Shown here in pieces: positions 8,843-17,604 of a DNA stretch of 64,000 bases (position 1 is the stretch's first letter; the number at the start of each line of letters is the position of its first letter). The notes under the pieces are model-generated. The model saw only the letters and a program-made list of their open reading frames with translations, was not told the origin of the DNA and did not search any database. Origin of the DNA: an uncultured Candidatus Saccharibacteria bacterium (lineage in GTDB: Bacteria; Patescibacteriota; Minisyncoccia; Phycocordibacterales; JACOZG01); contig CAYHYA010000002.1 in the NCBI GenBank assembly GCA_964360815.1, positions 1,371 through 65,370 on the forward strand, given 5' to 3'. The position numbers and the translations under genes were made by a program.

Positions 8843-9942
8843 ATAAGGTTTCTTCTACTCTGTTTAGCAACGCTCAGAATAATACCACAACCAATCAGGG
8901 AGAACAGAAGGGAACTACCGCCGTGGCTGATAAAAATAAGTGGGATACCGGTTAGGGGGACTAGCCCCAACATCGAAGCAATGTTGACGAAAGCGCCACT
9001 CGAGATTGACATAACCACTCCGGCAACCAACAAACGGCCAAAGTGATCCGAGGCCCGGAGAGCTAAACGGAAACCCCAGACACTAAAAATGATGAAAGAC
9101 AAAATAATCAAGATCCCACCAACCAGGCCGAATTCTTCCCCAGCCACGGCGAAAACCGAGTCGCCGATCGGTTCGGGCAGGTGCCGAAATTTTTGAAGAC
9201 TTTGACCAAACCCGCGTCCCCACAAACCACCAGAACCGATGGCGACGAGTGATTGGTTGATTTGGTAAGAACTGGTTAAAACGTTAGCTTCTGGATTAAG
9301 GAAAGTTTCAATTCTCTCTCGAGCATAGTCTTTGGAAATAATCACTGTGGTTAAACCAAAAATGGCCAAGAGGAAAATTACCAGCAGGTGCGACCAACGT
9401 CCACCAGCGACGAAAAACATGGTCACGGACGTTATCAACAAGATGAAAAAGGTGCCGAGGTCCGGTTGGAGAACCAGAACTACTCCGGCGATGGAGACCA
9501 ACAACAAAAACGGCAACAATCCGGAGCGCCAGCGAGTCAACTGCACCCCCGGTCGAGTTAGCCAGGCGGCGAGATAAATAACCAATCCAAGTTTTAAAAA
9601 TTCTGACGGTTGGAAGGTGCGCGAACCAATTAAGAGCCAGCGCCGCGCACCGCCCGACTCAAAGCCGAAACCGGGAATAAATACGAGCAAGCTAAGAACC
9701 ATGGCCGAGAGAAGAATCGGCGTCGCCAGGCGCCGCAATAAGTGGTAGTCAAACTTGGCGCCAATCAACAGGGCCACCAGCCCAGCGAGCAGGATAACGA
9801 GTTGGCCAAACGCCACTCGACCGTAACTCGCCCCGCCGCGATTTAACAAACCAAGTGAAGCTGAAGAAAAAATAAAAAATCCAAATAAAACAAAAAACAA
9901 AATGAAGATGAAAAAAGAACGATTGAGCGAGCGCGCGCGCAT
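8839..9942 (-). CDS. ftsW: SEDS-family peptidoglycan glycosyltransferase FtsW/RodA
   Basis: About 10 TM protein with SEDS motifs. ORF-track start at 10038 overlaps mraY, so internal ATG at 9942 (MRARSLN...) chosen. Confidence 0.8.
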   Translation of the reverse strand: MRARSLNRSFFIFILFFVLFGFFIFSSASLGLLNRGGASYGRVAFGQLVILLAGLVALLIGAKFDYHLLRRLATPILLSAMVLSLLVFIPGFGFESGGARRWLLIGSRTFQPSEFLKLGLVIYLAAWLTRPGVQLTRWRSGLLPFLLLVSIAGVVLVLQPDLGTFFILLITSVTMFFVAGGRWSHLLVIFLLAIFGLTTVIISKDYARERIETFLNPEANVLTSSYQINQSLVAIGSGGLWGRGFGQSLQKFRHLPEPIGDSVFAVAGEEFGLVGGILIILSFIIFSVWGFRLALRASDHFGRLLVAGVVMSISSGAFVNIASMLGLVPLTGIPLIFISHGGSSLLFSLIGCGIILSVAKQSRRNLI

Positions 9943-9950
9943 GAAGTTGG

Positions 9951-11009
9951 TTAACCGATTAAGCTGATCACCATACCAATTACCGCCATGACAATCCCGA
10001 GAATCCAGTAACGCATAACGACCTTGTACGGGGGCCAACCGAGCGCTTCAAAATGATGATGCAGGGGGGCAACCAAAAAAACCTTCTTCCCATTGCGAAA
10101 TTTTTTTGAAGCTAACTGGATGATGTTGCTGGCGACGGTGACCGTGAGGGGCAGAGCAATAATCGGCAGAACGAGTGCCGACTCGGTTAAAAAGGCCACG
10201 ATCGTCAGAGTGGTCGTTAAACCCAAAATGCCGGTTTCCGACATATAAAAGCGCGCTGGCGGAATATTAAACCAGAGAAAAGCCAAAATCCCGCCGGTCA
10301 CCACCGTTGAAAACGCCGCCAGGTCAATTTGGTGTTGGAAAAAGGCAATTCCGGCGTAAGCCGCGAAGGTTGTCGCCATCACCCCACCCGCTAGACCGTC
10401 GAGTCCGTCAATGACCCCGCTTGAAAATAAGACAATCATGATCATGACGAAAAAAGGAATGATCAACCAACCGATGGTCAACTCGCCCCAGAAAGGAATG
10501 GCGATAGTTGAGAGACCGAGTTTATAATAGAACCACCAGGCACCGATTAAGCCAAGAACCGTGACGATCAGCAGGCGTTTTTTAAATGATAGGCCACCGG
10601 ACAAGGAGCGGTTGTGATCACCAGCGATCTCGAGCACGTCGTCAATCAAACCAACCACTGATCCAACCAGTAGCGTAAAAAGTGGTAACCAGGTTTGATT
10701 TCGACTTAAAAAATTAAGTTTAACGAAGATAGAATCTGGCCAAATTTTCGCTAAAAACCAAAAAACCAAAACCGTCACCCCAACGCTGACCCAGATAATA
10801 ATCCCACCCAGCCGCGGCGTGCCGACCTCGCGAGTTTCGTGCAAGCGATTGAAAATTGGCGTTGCTCGACCGTCGGGAGCAATTTTCCCGGCTCGTTTCT
10901 TCCACATTTTGTGTTTATACAGATAGTTGGTCAAAAGCGGTGTCATGGCCAGACCGAGGAAAAAGGCCACGGTGCTCGGAGCAAAAACCTTGAAAACATC
11001 AATGATCAT
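9951..11009 (-). CDS. mraY: Phospho-N-acetylmuramoyl-pentapeptide transferase MraY
   Basis: Multi-TM protein with DGLDGLAGG motif and MraY-length (352 aa) in dcw context. Confidence 0.85.
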   Translation of the reverse strand: MIIDVFKVFAPSTVAFFLGLAMTPLLTNYLYKHKMWKKRAGKIAPDGRATPIFNRLHETREVGTPRLGGIIIWVSVGVTVLVFWFLAKIWPDSIFVKLNFLSRNQTWLPLFTLLVGSVVGLIDDVLEIAGDHNRSLSGGLSFKKRLLIVTVLGLIGAWWFYYKLGLSTIAIPFWGELTIGWLIIPFFVMIMIVLFSSGVIDGLDGLAGGVMATTFAAYAGIAFFQHQIDLAAFSTVVTGGILAFLWFNIPPARFYMSETGILGLTTTLTIVAFLTESALVLPIIALPLTVTVASNIIQLASKKFRNGKKVFLVAPLHHHFEALGWPPYKVVMRYWILGIVMAVIGMVISLIG

Positions 11010-11887
11010 GAGAAAAATTTTAACGTGGCCTCGATTAAATTTTTTATATCCGAAAAGCGGCCGGTTTCTGTTGAGGCGAGGACGACCACGACCACCGGCT
11101 GATTCAGTCCTCGATCAAAAACGATTGCTAAGTTACCTTGCGCCAAATCAGTAAAACCGGTTTTCGAGCCGAGGAGTCCAGGGATCTCGTTAGCCACGAG
11201 GTTGGTGTTGGTCAACAAATATTCGGTACCATCAAGAGCGCTGACCAGAAATTCGTGATGACGAGTGGCTTCGAGTAAACTTGGATCAACCGTTAAAATG
11301 TATTCAAACAAACCGGTCACGTCTCGGGCCGAACTAACGACGCCAACCTCGTTGGCCGACAAGTCTAAACCGGTCACACTTTTGAAAATGGTGTTGGTTA
11401 AACCGAGTTCGCGCGCCAGTCCATTCATGTCGTCAATAATTTGTCGCCCGCTTGTTGTTTCGGCGGCCGTGGCGATCGCCACCGCCGCTTGGTTGGAAGA
11501 AGAAACCAGCGTGTAGTCAATCAGTTTCTCGAGCGACCAGTCTTTTTTGTTAAATGGCACCACGGTTGCCCCGGGCAATAAGCGTTTAGCCGTGAGCGTA
11601 GTCATCACTTTGGCCACTGAAGCGATTGGTAGGGGCCGGTCGCTGTTTTTTTCAAAAATCACCGTTCGGCGGTTGAGATCGTAGACCAGGGCGGCTTCGG
11701 CTTCAAGAGTTGGTGGAACAAAATATTTGGTGACGACCATGGCTGGCGGCGTTTCCGAAACGTTCGCCGGCGTAAGTAATTGAGCGGCATCTAAAACGGC
11801 TAAGCCCAAAAAAATTATTCCGCCAGCGGTGGCCAACCACTGATAGTACGGGCTAATCGGTTTTATTGGCTGAGAGTTCATGATCAT
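11006..11887 (-). CDS. D-alanyl-D-alanine carboxypeptidase (S11, PBP5/DacA-like)
   Basis: SxxK (ASVAKVMT), SxN (SSN) and KTG motifs in correct order and spacing; N-terminal TM. Confidence 0.75.
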   Translation of the reverse strand: MIMNSQPIKPISPYYQWLATAGGIIFLGLAVLDAAQLLTPANVSETPPAMVVTKYFVPPTLEAEAALVYDLNRRTVIFEKNSDRPLPIASVAKVMTTLTAKRLLPGATVVPFNKKDWSLEKLIDYTLVSSSNQAAVAIATAAETTSGRQIIDDMNGLARELGLTNTIFKSVTGLDLSANEVGVVSSARDVTGLFEYILTVDPSLLEATRHHEFLVSALDGTEYLLTNTNLVANEIPGLLGSKTGFTDLAQGNLAIVFDRGLNQPVVVVVLASTETGRFSDIKNLIEATLKFFS

Positions 11888-12422
11888 CTTTGTCGCCGGT
11901 CAAAAAATTACTTAAACGAGTGTTGATCGTTTGATAATCCGGCAGTTCTTCAACTCGTGTTAAACCAAGCAGAGACAGCAGTTCGAAGGTTGGTTGATAA
12001 AACGGACTTCGACCGTCTCGGGGATTAGGAATTTTTTCAATCAAACCGCGGACCAATAAATGTCGAAGAATGAAGCCAGAATTAACCCCGCGAATATAAT
12101 CGACCTCGGCCTTAATTAATGGTCCGCGATAAGAAATAATGGTCAGTGTTTCGAGTCCGGCGCGGCCAAGTTCTGTGCTAAGTTCTTGCTTAGATAAACT
12201 TTGAAGAAGTTCGCCAATTTCTGGTGCCGTGCCGAGCGTGACCTCATCGTCTTTGGTGATTAACCGCAGCCCACGATCGGTTAGACGCCCCTTTAGTTCA
12301 GTGAGAGCGGCTTGAATTTCCGCTTCCCCCACTGTTAGGGTTTGAGCCAGTTTCCCCACGCTTTGCGGCTCGGCTTTCCAAAACAAAAGCGCCTCCAATT
12401 GATTGCTCAAACCTAAAGCCAT
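11853..12422 (-). CDS. scpB: Segregation and condensation protein B
   Basis: LEALLFWKAEPQSVGKLAQ... tandem winged-helix pattern typical of ScpB, adjacent to scpA. Confidence 0.8.
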   Translation of the reverse strand: MALGLSNQLEALLFWKAEPQSVGKLAQTLTVGEAEIQAALTELKGRLTDRGLRLITKDDEVTLGTAPEIGELLQSLSKQELSTELGRAGLETLTIISYRGPLIKAEVDYIRGVNSGFILRHLLVRGLIEKIPNPRDGRSPFYQPTFELLSLLGLTRVEELPDYQTINTRLSNFLTGDKDDHELSANKTD

Positions 12423-12451
12423 GGTGGACGAATTATAACTGAAGTTTCAGA

Positions 12452-12528
12452 TAAAAAAAAGCCCCGGGATGACAATGACACAATATGTCCCGGGACTAGT
12501 GTCCCCGCAGGGGGACGGCATTCTTTTT
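12452..12528. terminator. Back-to-back hairpins forming a bidirectional Rho-independent terminator between scpA and scpB
   Basis: Minus strand: stem cccggga...tcccggg (12463-12494) followed by U-run (plus-strand A-run 12452-12460). Plus strand: gtccccgcagggggac (12501-12516) followed by ttcttttt. Confidence 0.5.
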
Positions 12529-12553
12529 ACTATAAACCCTTGTCTATTTTTTG

Positions 12554-13282
12554 TCAATAGCGGGGAATACCGGCAGTGGTTGTTTCGATGTTAATTTCTT
12601 GAAAATGGTCGGTTTGCCCGACCGCGACTGCCCCCTGTTTGCAGAGTTCAAGTAAAGCCAAAAAACCAACGATAATCTCTTTTTTGTCTTTTTTATTTCT
12701 GATAAACTCGCTGAAGTTGAGGCGGAGAGCAGTTTGAACGCGCGTGGCCAGATCGCGGATCATTTCTTCCAAACTAACAATTTTCTTTAGCACCACTTTC
12801 GGTAGAGGGCTGGTTGGTATTGGGAGAACCCGGATTAAATTTTTCATTGTGACCAAAAGATTGGCCACGGTAATTTCCGGCGTTGGCGAAAAAACCACTC
12901 GCTTGTCGGAACGAGGTAACGAGAAAAAAATTGGTCGTTGTCCGCAACGCTGGCTAATTCCCACGCTCGTTTCTCTGATCAACTGATAAATTTTCAGACG
13001 CTGTTCCAGGTCGGCCACTTCCCCACTCTCGGTTTCGGTTAAGGTGAGTGTGGGAAGCAGCGAGATTGACTTAATCAACATCAGGGTTGAAGCCACGGTT
13101 AAAAACTCGGCCAGTAAACCGAGCGACGGTTGATCGAGTTGTCTAACGTAATCAAGAAAATTATCCGCCACCGTTGCCAAAGAAACTTGGCTGATACTTA
13201 ATTTTCGTTTCTCTACTAAATCAAGGAGTAGCGGTAATGGGCCCTCGAACTCCCCCACCTGAACGGAAAAAGTTTCGGTCAT
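12554..13282 (-). CDS. scpA: Segregation and condensation protein A
   Basis: FEGPLPLLLDLVEKRKLSISQVSLATVADNFLDYV is the canonical ScpA N-terminus. Confidence 0.85.
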   Translation of the reverse strand: MTETFSVQVGEFEGPLPLLLDLVEKRKLSISQVSLATVADNFLDYVRQLDQPSLGLLAEFLTVASTLMLIKSISLLPTLTLTETESGEVADLEQRLKIYQLIRETSVGISQRCGQRPIFFSLPRSDKRVVFSPTPEITVANLLVTMKNLIRVLPIPTSPLPKVVLKKIVSLEEMIRDLATRVQTALRLNFSEFIRNKKDKKEIIVGFLALLELCKQGAVAVGQTDHFQEINIETTTAGIPRY

Positions 13283-14631
13283 GCTGGCGCGTTCATCATC
13301 AAGTCTCGTCCCTCACCAGTTTTCGGAAAAGCGATGACTTCGCGAATGTTTGGTTCGTTGCCAAGAAGACTGATTAACCGATCAAGTCCCCAGGCGATTC
13401 CGCCGTGCGGTGGCGCCCCAGCCGCGAGCGCTTGCAACATGTGGCCGAAGTTGTCGTCAATCGCGCGATCGCTGTGACCAAGAATCTTAAACACCGCCCG
13501 CAAGCCGTCAGGACGATGATTACGGATACTGCCCCCACCGATCTCGAGCCCGTTCAGAGTGATGTCGTATTGAGAAGTTAAAATTTGACCAAGGTTTTTT
13601 TGGTTGAGGAGATCTTCCAGCTGTTCCGGTTTGGGCGCGGAAAAAGGGTTATGGGTAAACGTCCACTTGCCGTTGTCCTCTTTCTCAAAAAACGGAAAGT
13701 CCACCACCCAACAGAAAGCCAGCAGATTTTTGTCAGTTTTTTCCTGATCGCTTCGAAGATCGGGGCGATCGCTTTCGTATTTGGCCATAGCCGCTTCGTA
13801 GGTTAGTCGCGGAAACGGAATTTGTTTGATGGTTTTTTCCGGAGTAATTTTTTTAACTATTTCGATTAACAACTTCTCGTTTAGCGCCATGACTTCTTCC
13901 TGTTCAACAAAAGCCATTTCGAGGTCGAGTTGGGTAAATTCCGGTTGGCGATCACCGCGCGTATCTTCATCCCGAAAACAGCGGGCCATTTGGAAATATT
14001 TTTCCACACCGGCCACCATCAAGAGTTGTTTATATTGTTGGGGTGACTGGGGCAGGGCATAAAATTTCCCTGGGTAAAGTCGTGCCGGGACGAGATAATC
14101 ACGGGCGCCTTCCGGCGTGGCCTTGGTCAGGATCGGCGTTTCAATTTCCAGAAAACCCTGTTCCGAGAGGTGGTCGCGAATGAAGCGAACTAATTGATGA
14201 CGCAAATTTAAATTCTTTTGCATTCTCGGTCGCCGAAGATCTAGATAGCGATATCGCAGACGGTTCTCCTCGTCCAGTTCGTAACCGGTTGTTCCCAAAT
14301 CAAACGGCGGGGTTGTGGCTTCATTCAACACTTGGAGAGCCGTGATTTCGAGCTCGATCGCGCCATTTGGCAGTTCTGGTTTGATCATTTTTTCCGGTCG
14401 GCGGTTGACTCGCCCGATCACTTCAAGCACCCATTCCGGTCGAACAGTTTCGGCCAAGCCGTGCGCGGCGGCGTGGCTCGGCAGGGCCACGGCTTGAACT
14501 TTGCCACTGGCGTCGCGAAGATCAATAAAAATAAGTTTGCCGTGATCGCGCCGCACGTCAACCCAGCCGGCCACCGTCACCGTTTCGCCAACTTTTTCCG
14601 TTAAATCTTTTATTGCGATTCGATTTTTCAT
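13279..14631 (-). CDS. aspS: Aspartyl-tRNA synthetase (bacterial-type core lacking the GAD insertion)
   Basis: Anticodon-binding OB N-terminus (GWVDVRRDHGKLIFIDLRD), QSPQQYKQLLM, class II motifs FRDE..., EIGGGSIR, GLDR; 450 aa. Confidence 0.85.
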   Translation of the reverse strand: MKNRIAIKDLTEKVGETVTVAGWVDVRRDHGKLIFIDLRDASGKVQAVALPSHAAAHGLAETVRPEWVLEVIGRVNRRPEKMIKPELPNGAIELEITALQVLNEATTPPFDLGTTGYELDEENRLRYRYLDLRRPRMQKNLNLRHQLVRFIRDHLSEQGFLEIETPILTKATPEGARDYLVPARLYPGKFYALPQSPQQYKQLLMVAGVEKYFQMARCFRDEDTRGDRQPEFTQLDLEMAFVEQEEVMALNEKLLIEIVKKITPEKTIKQIPFPRLTYEAAMAKYESDRPDLRSDQEKTDKNLLAFCWVVDFPFFEKEDNGKWTFTHNPFSAPKPEQLEDLLNQKNLGQILTSQYDITLNGLEIGGGSIRNHRPDGLRAVFKILGHSDRAIDDNFGHMLQALAAGAPPHGGIAWGLDRLISLLGNEPNIREVIAFPKTGEGRDLMMNAPA

Positions 14632-14637
14632 TTTTGT

Positions 14638-15615
14638 TTATAAGCTCACCCCGACTGCTTGGCGGATCTTAACCATCTTCTCTTGGGCTTGCGCCTTTGC
14701 TCGACTGGCACCGTCTTGCAAAACTTCCATTACCGCCTTCTGGTCTCGAGCGATGGCCAAACGTTTTTCACGCAGAGGCACCAAGTAATCATCCAGGTTT
14801 TTGAATAAAATTTCTTTTGATTCTTTATAACCAATTTGACCCGCGCGATAACGTTCGGCTAATTCGGCTAAATTTTTAACGGAAAAAAGTTTGTGTAACG
14901 CGAAAACATTGCACTGTTCCGGATCTTTGGCTTCATTCGCTTCTCGGGAATCGGTTTTGATGCTCATGATTAGTCGTTTCAATTCGGCCGGTTCGGAAAA
15001 AATCGGAATCGTATTGCCATAACTCTTAGACATTTTTTGGCCGTCTATTCCAATAATTGTTTTGGTTTGATCAATGATCAACGCTTCCGGTAACTGGAAA
15101 ATTTCACCAAATTTACGATTGAATTTTTCGGCCGTGTCGCGAGCAATTTCAACATGTTGTTTCTGGTCAAAACCGACCGGCACCACCGCGGCATCGTAAA
15201 GTAAAATATCGGCCGCCATTAACAAGGGGTAAGTAAAGACACCAACGCTAACTTCTTGATTTTTGGCCAGGGCATCTTTGTAGGCATGGGCGCGGGCGAG
15301 ATACGGCATGGTCGTCAGACAATTAAAAATCCAAGCCAATTCGGTGTGTTCCGGAATATTGGACTGTTGGAAAATGGTGGTGCGGGTTGGGTCGAGCCCA
15401 ATGGCTAAATAATCAATGGCGATATCTAAAATGTCCTGTCGCAAAACTTCCGGATCGCTGGCGTTAGTCAGCGCGTGATAGTCGGCAATCATGATGTATG
15501 ATTCGTAATCGTTCTGTAGGTCAACGAATTGCTTCATCGCGCCAAAATAATTACCAATATGTGGTCGGCCGGTTGGCTTAACTCCAGAAAGAAGGATTTT
15601 CGGCGAATTTAGCAT
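14638..15615 (-). CDS. trpS: Tryptophanyl-tRNA synthetase
   Basis: ILLSGVKPTGRPHIGNYFGA (HIGH) and KMSKSYGN. Start set at second ATG (MLNSPK...) to match canonical TrpRS N-terminal length; the ORF extends to 15651. Confidence 0.85.
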   Translation of the reverse strand: MLNSPKILLSGVKPTGRPHIGNYFGAMKQFVDLQNDYESYIMIADYHALTNASDPEVLRQDILDIAIDYLAIGLDPTRTTIFQQSNIPEHTELAWIFNCLTTMPYLARAHAYKDALAKNQEVSVGVFTYPLLMAADILLYDAAVVPVGFDQKQHVEIARDTAEKFNRKFGEIFQLPEALIIDQTKTIIGIDGQKMSKSYGNTIPIFSEPAELKRLIMSIKTDSREANEAKDPEQCNVFALHKLFSVKNLAELAERYRAGQIGYKESKEILFKNLDDYLVPLREKRLAIARDQKAVMEVLQDGASRAKAQAQEKMVKIRQAVGVSL

Positions 15616-15652
15616 CACTGAATCATAGCAAATCCTCTGTCGCGCCCTCATA

Positions 15653-15681
15653 TTGACAAGATTCTACTAAAATGCTAGTGT
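15653..15681 (+). promoter_or_regulatory. Sigma70-like promoter (TTGACA-17-TAGTGT) for the lipoprotein gene
   Basis: Seen in sequence; weak -10. Followed by palindrome aaccaaatg-cggt-catttggtt (15700-15721) and strong RBS taaggag 6 nt before ATG 15755. Confidence 0.4.
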
Positions 15682-15754
15682 GTCTTTGGTTTACAGATTC
15701 AACCAAATGCGGTCATTTGGTTGGTTAAGAGGTCTTTGTTGTAAGGAGTAAGCT

Positions 15755-16645
15755 ATGAGGTCAATCCTACTGTTCTTGGGGCTATGGTTTTTCGGGTTTC
15801 TGGGTCTAGCGGGGTGCGGGAACTTCCCTACCCCCGAGCAGTCCGAGTTGTCGGCGACAGCAGACGAGGCGGATGCGACTGGGGTAGTCAACAAAAGTAG
15901 GGATTTTATCTTGGCGCAAACTGGTGGTGGGAGTGGGAGCGGCGGAGGAGGAAGTAATGCCCCCACGCTTCACACCGTCAGCGCCTCGGTAAACTTTGAT
16001 CCGGTAGCTGGTCACGGTGATTTTTATCTTGGCGGCAAGACGATTGTCGTGGAAAGAATTAACAGTTACGTTAATTTTTATCCGGACAAGAGCCTGCCCC
16101 GGGACGTTGGCTATTTCGAGGCAACAATCGATCTGGAAGGATCCTTCATTCCGGCCGACGGAACTGTCACTGAGGCGATGGAAAAATTGTTGGACCTCTC
16201 GCTTTTTACCGATGGATTGGTATCTTTCGACCAGTATGGCCTAATGAGAATTCCTCCTGGGTGCGAAAACGGGGAAGAGTTCAATCTGATCACGGGCGAA
16301 AAGTGCCCATGGCAGGGATGGGAGATTGAACCACGAGCCCGTTTGAGTCAAAACGGATACGCTCGACTGAGTGGATATCAGTACGATGACCAGGAAGAGG
16401 TTCAGTATTTCAGCGACTCTTCTTTCCACGTTTACATAAACGGTGGGACAATCACATCTGTCTCCGTCAACGTTTATGTTCGGGAATGGGAAGAAGAAGA
16501 GGACGCCCCGGATTACTGGCTACCCATTCAAGTTTCCGCGAGTTTTCGTGGTGTCGTTACGTTGGAGTACGAGGAATACGATGGCGGAGACGGTGGCGGT
16601 GTTGGGATTGTCCCGCCGGTTGCTGTTCCGCCGGGTAATGGCTAA
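15755..16645 (+). CDS. Hypothetical lipoprotein (lipobox LAGC) with Gly-rich linker
   Basis: MRSILLFLGLWFFGFLGLAGC lipoprotein signal. GGGSGSGGGGS linker. Acidic C-terminal region. Strong RBS. Confidence 0.6.
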   Translation: MRSILLFLGLWFFGFLGLAGCGNFPTPEQSELSATADEADATGVVNKSRDFILAQTGGGSGSGGGGSNAPTLHTVSASVNFDPVAGHGDFYLGGKTIVVERINSYVNFYPDKSLPRDVGYFEATIDLEGSFIPADGTVTEAMEKLLDLSLFTDGLVSFDQYGLMRIPPGCENGEEFNLITGEKCPWQGWEIEPRARLSQNGYARLSGYQYDDQEEVQYFSDSSFHVYINGGTITSVSVNVYVREWEEEEDAPDYWLPIQVSASFRGVVTLEYEEYDGGDGGGVGIVPPVAVPPGNG

Positions 16646-16672
16646 CGAAGGGAGGTGATCTACTAGATCTAG

Positions 16673-16716
16673 CCCCGTGATTTGCATTTTTTGTGCAAAT
16701 CGCGGGGTTTTTCTTT
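16673..16716 (+). terminator. Rho-independent terminator
   Basis: ccccgtgatttgca-ttttt-tgcaaatcgcgggg stem followed by tttttcttt. Confidence 0.7.
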
Positions 16717-16741
16717 ACCCAAATCAGTTTTTTACACCCAC

Positions 16742-16770
16742 TTGACAAAAGAAACCGTTTAGTTTAGGAT
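16742..16770 (+). promoter_or_regulatory. Sigma70-like promoter TTGACA-17-TAGGAT
   Basis: Seen in sequence upstream of the PEP-CTERM gene; the leader ends in aaggagataaaaaATG. Confidence 0.45.
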
Positions 16771-16853
16771 GGTAAGTGAACTTAATTGCCATGCAGTTAA
16801 GCCCTGTTTGGAGTCAGACAGGGATTGATTTGGTCTTTGTAAGGAGATAAAAA

Positions 16854-17486
16854 ATGAAATGGCCAAAAGTTGTTGTCGTTGTGACAACGGTGCTTTCCGG
16901 AGTTGGGGAAGGAAGAGGCGGGAACATCGATGTGGTCACAAGTCAGTCTGAAAATCAGGCAACGGTTCATTTTTCTGGACCGATCAAGGTCGGGAATGTA
17001 CTGTTTGATCTTCAAGAGGGAGTGAATGAGAATCCGGTGCCGGGAGACATCGGTTGGTTTTCCGTTTCAATGATTGCGGCCGGATCATTCATTGACATTG
17101 AAAAAACGGGAGTTGTTGGCCATGGTGGGTCGTCAAGTGCCCGTCAAACCACTTACAACATCACCTCTCCTGATAATATAAATTTTTTCTTTGATCCGAT
17201 AAACACCCTGGTTACGGCCCAATGGTTGATCGGCGTTCTTGATGGCAATGTGCTTGTCACCGGAGGAATAATTAAGGATTCCTACGCCGAAATTATTGAA
17301 AACAACTGGCTTGGTCCAGGACCAAAACCCCCCTGGTTGGATCAGTGGACTGCATTCTGGCAAATTAATGGGAAGATTACTGCCCAGAATTTCAGCATCA
17401 CGGCTCTTCCCGAACCAGCCACGCTCGTCCTGTTCGCTCTTGGTGGAGTTTCCATCATTTGGAAAGGAAGACGTCTCCTGGTCTAA
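16854..17486 (+). CDS. Secreted protein with C-terminal PEP-CTERM sorting signal
   Basis: N-terminal signal-like hydrophobic stretch. C-terminus ITALPEPATLVLFALGGVSIIWKGRRLLV is the PEP motif, then TM helix, then basic cluster, the canonical exosortase substrate tail. Confidence 0.7.
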   Translation: MKWPKVVVVVTTVLSGVGEGRGGNIDVVTSQSENQATVHFSGPIKVGNVLFDLQEGVNENPVPGDIGWFSVSMIAAGSFIDIEKTGVVGHGGSSSARQTTYNITSPDNINFFFDPINTLVTAQWLIGVLDGNVLVTGGIIKDSYAEIIENNWLGPGPKPPWLDQWTAFWQINGKITAQNFSITALPEPATLVLFALGGVSIIWKGRRLLV

Positions 17487-17556
17487 GGTTTGACAATAGT
17501 TTTCCCCCGCCGAGACTTCGGTTATCATTGGGGAGATATCGCCGGAGTCAAAGCAG

Positions 17557-17596
17557 CCCCGTTGTAGTCGTGAGATTACGGCGGGGTCTTTTTTTA
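17557..17596. terminator. Bidirectional Rho-independent terminator between the convergent PEP-CTERM and histidine-kinase genes
   Basis: ccccg...cggcgggg stem followed by tcttttttt on plus; A-run upstream gives U-run on minus. Confidence 0.55.
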
Positions 17597-17604
17597 CTCG
17601 AACC

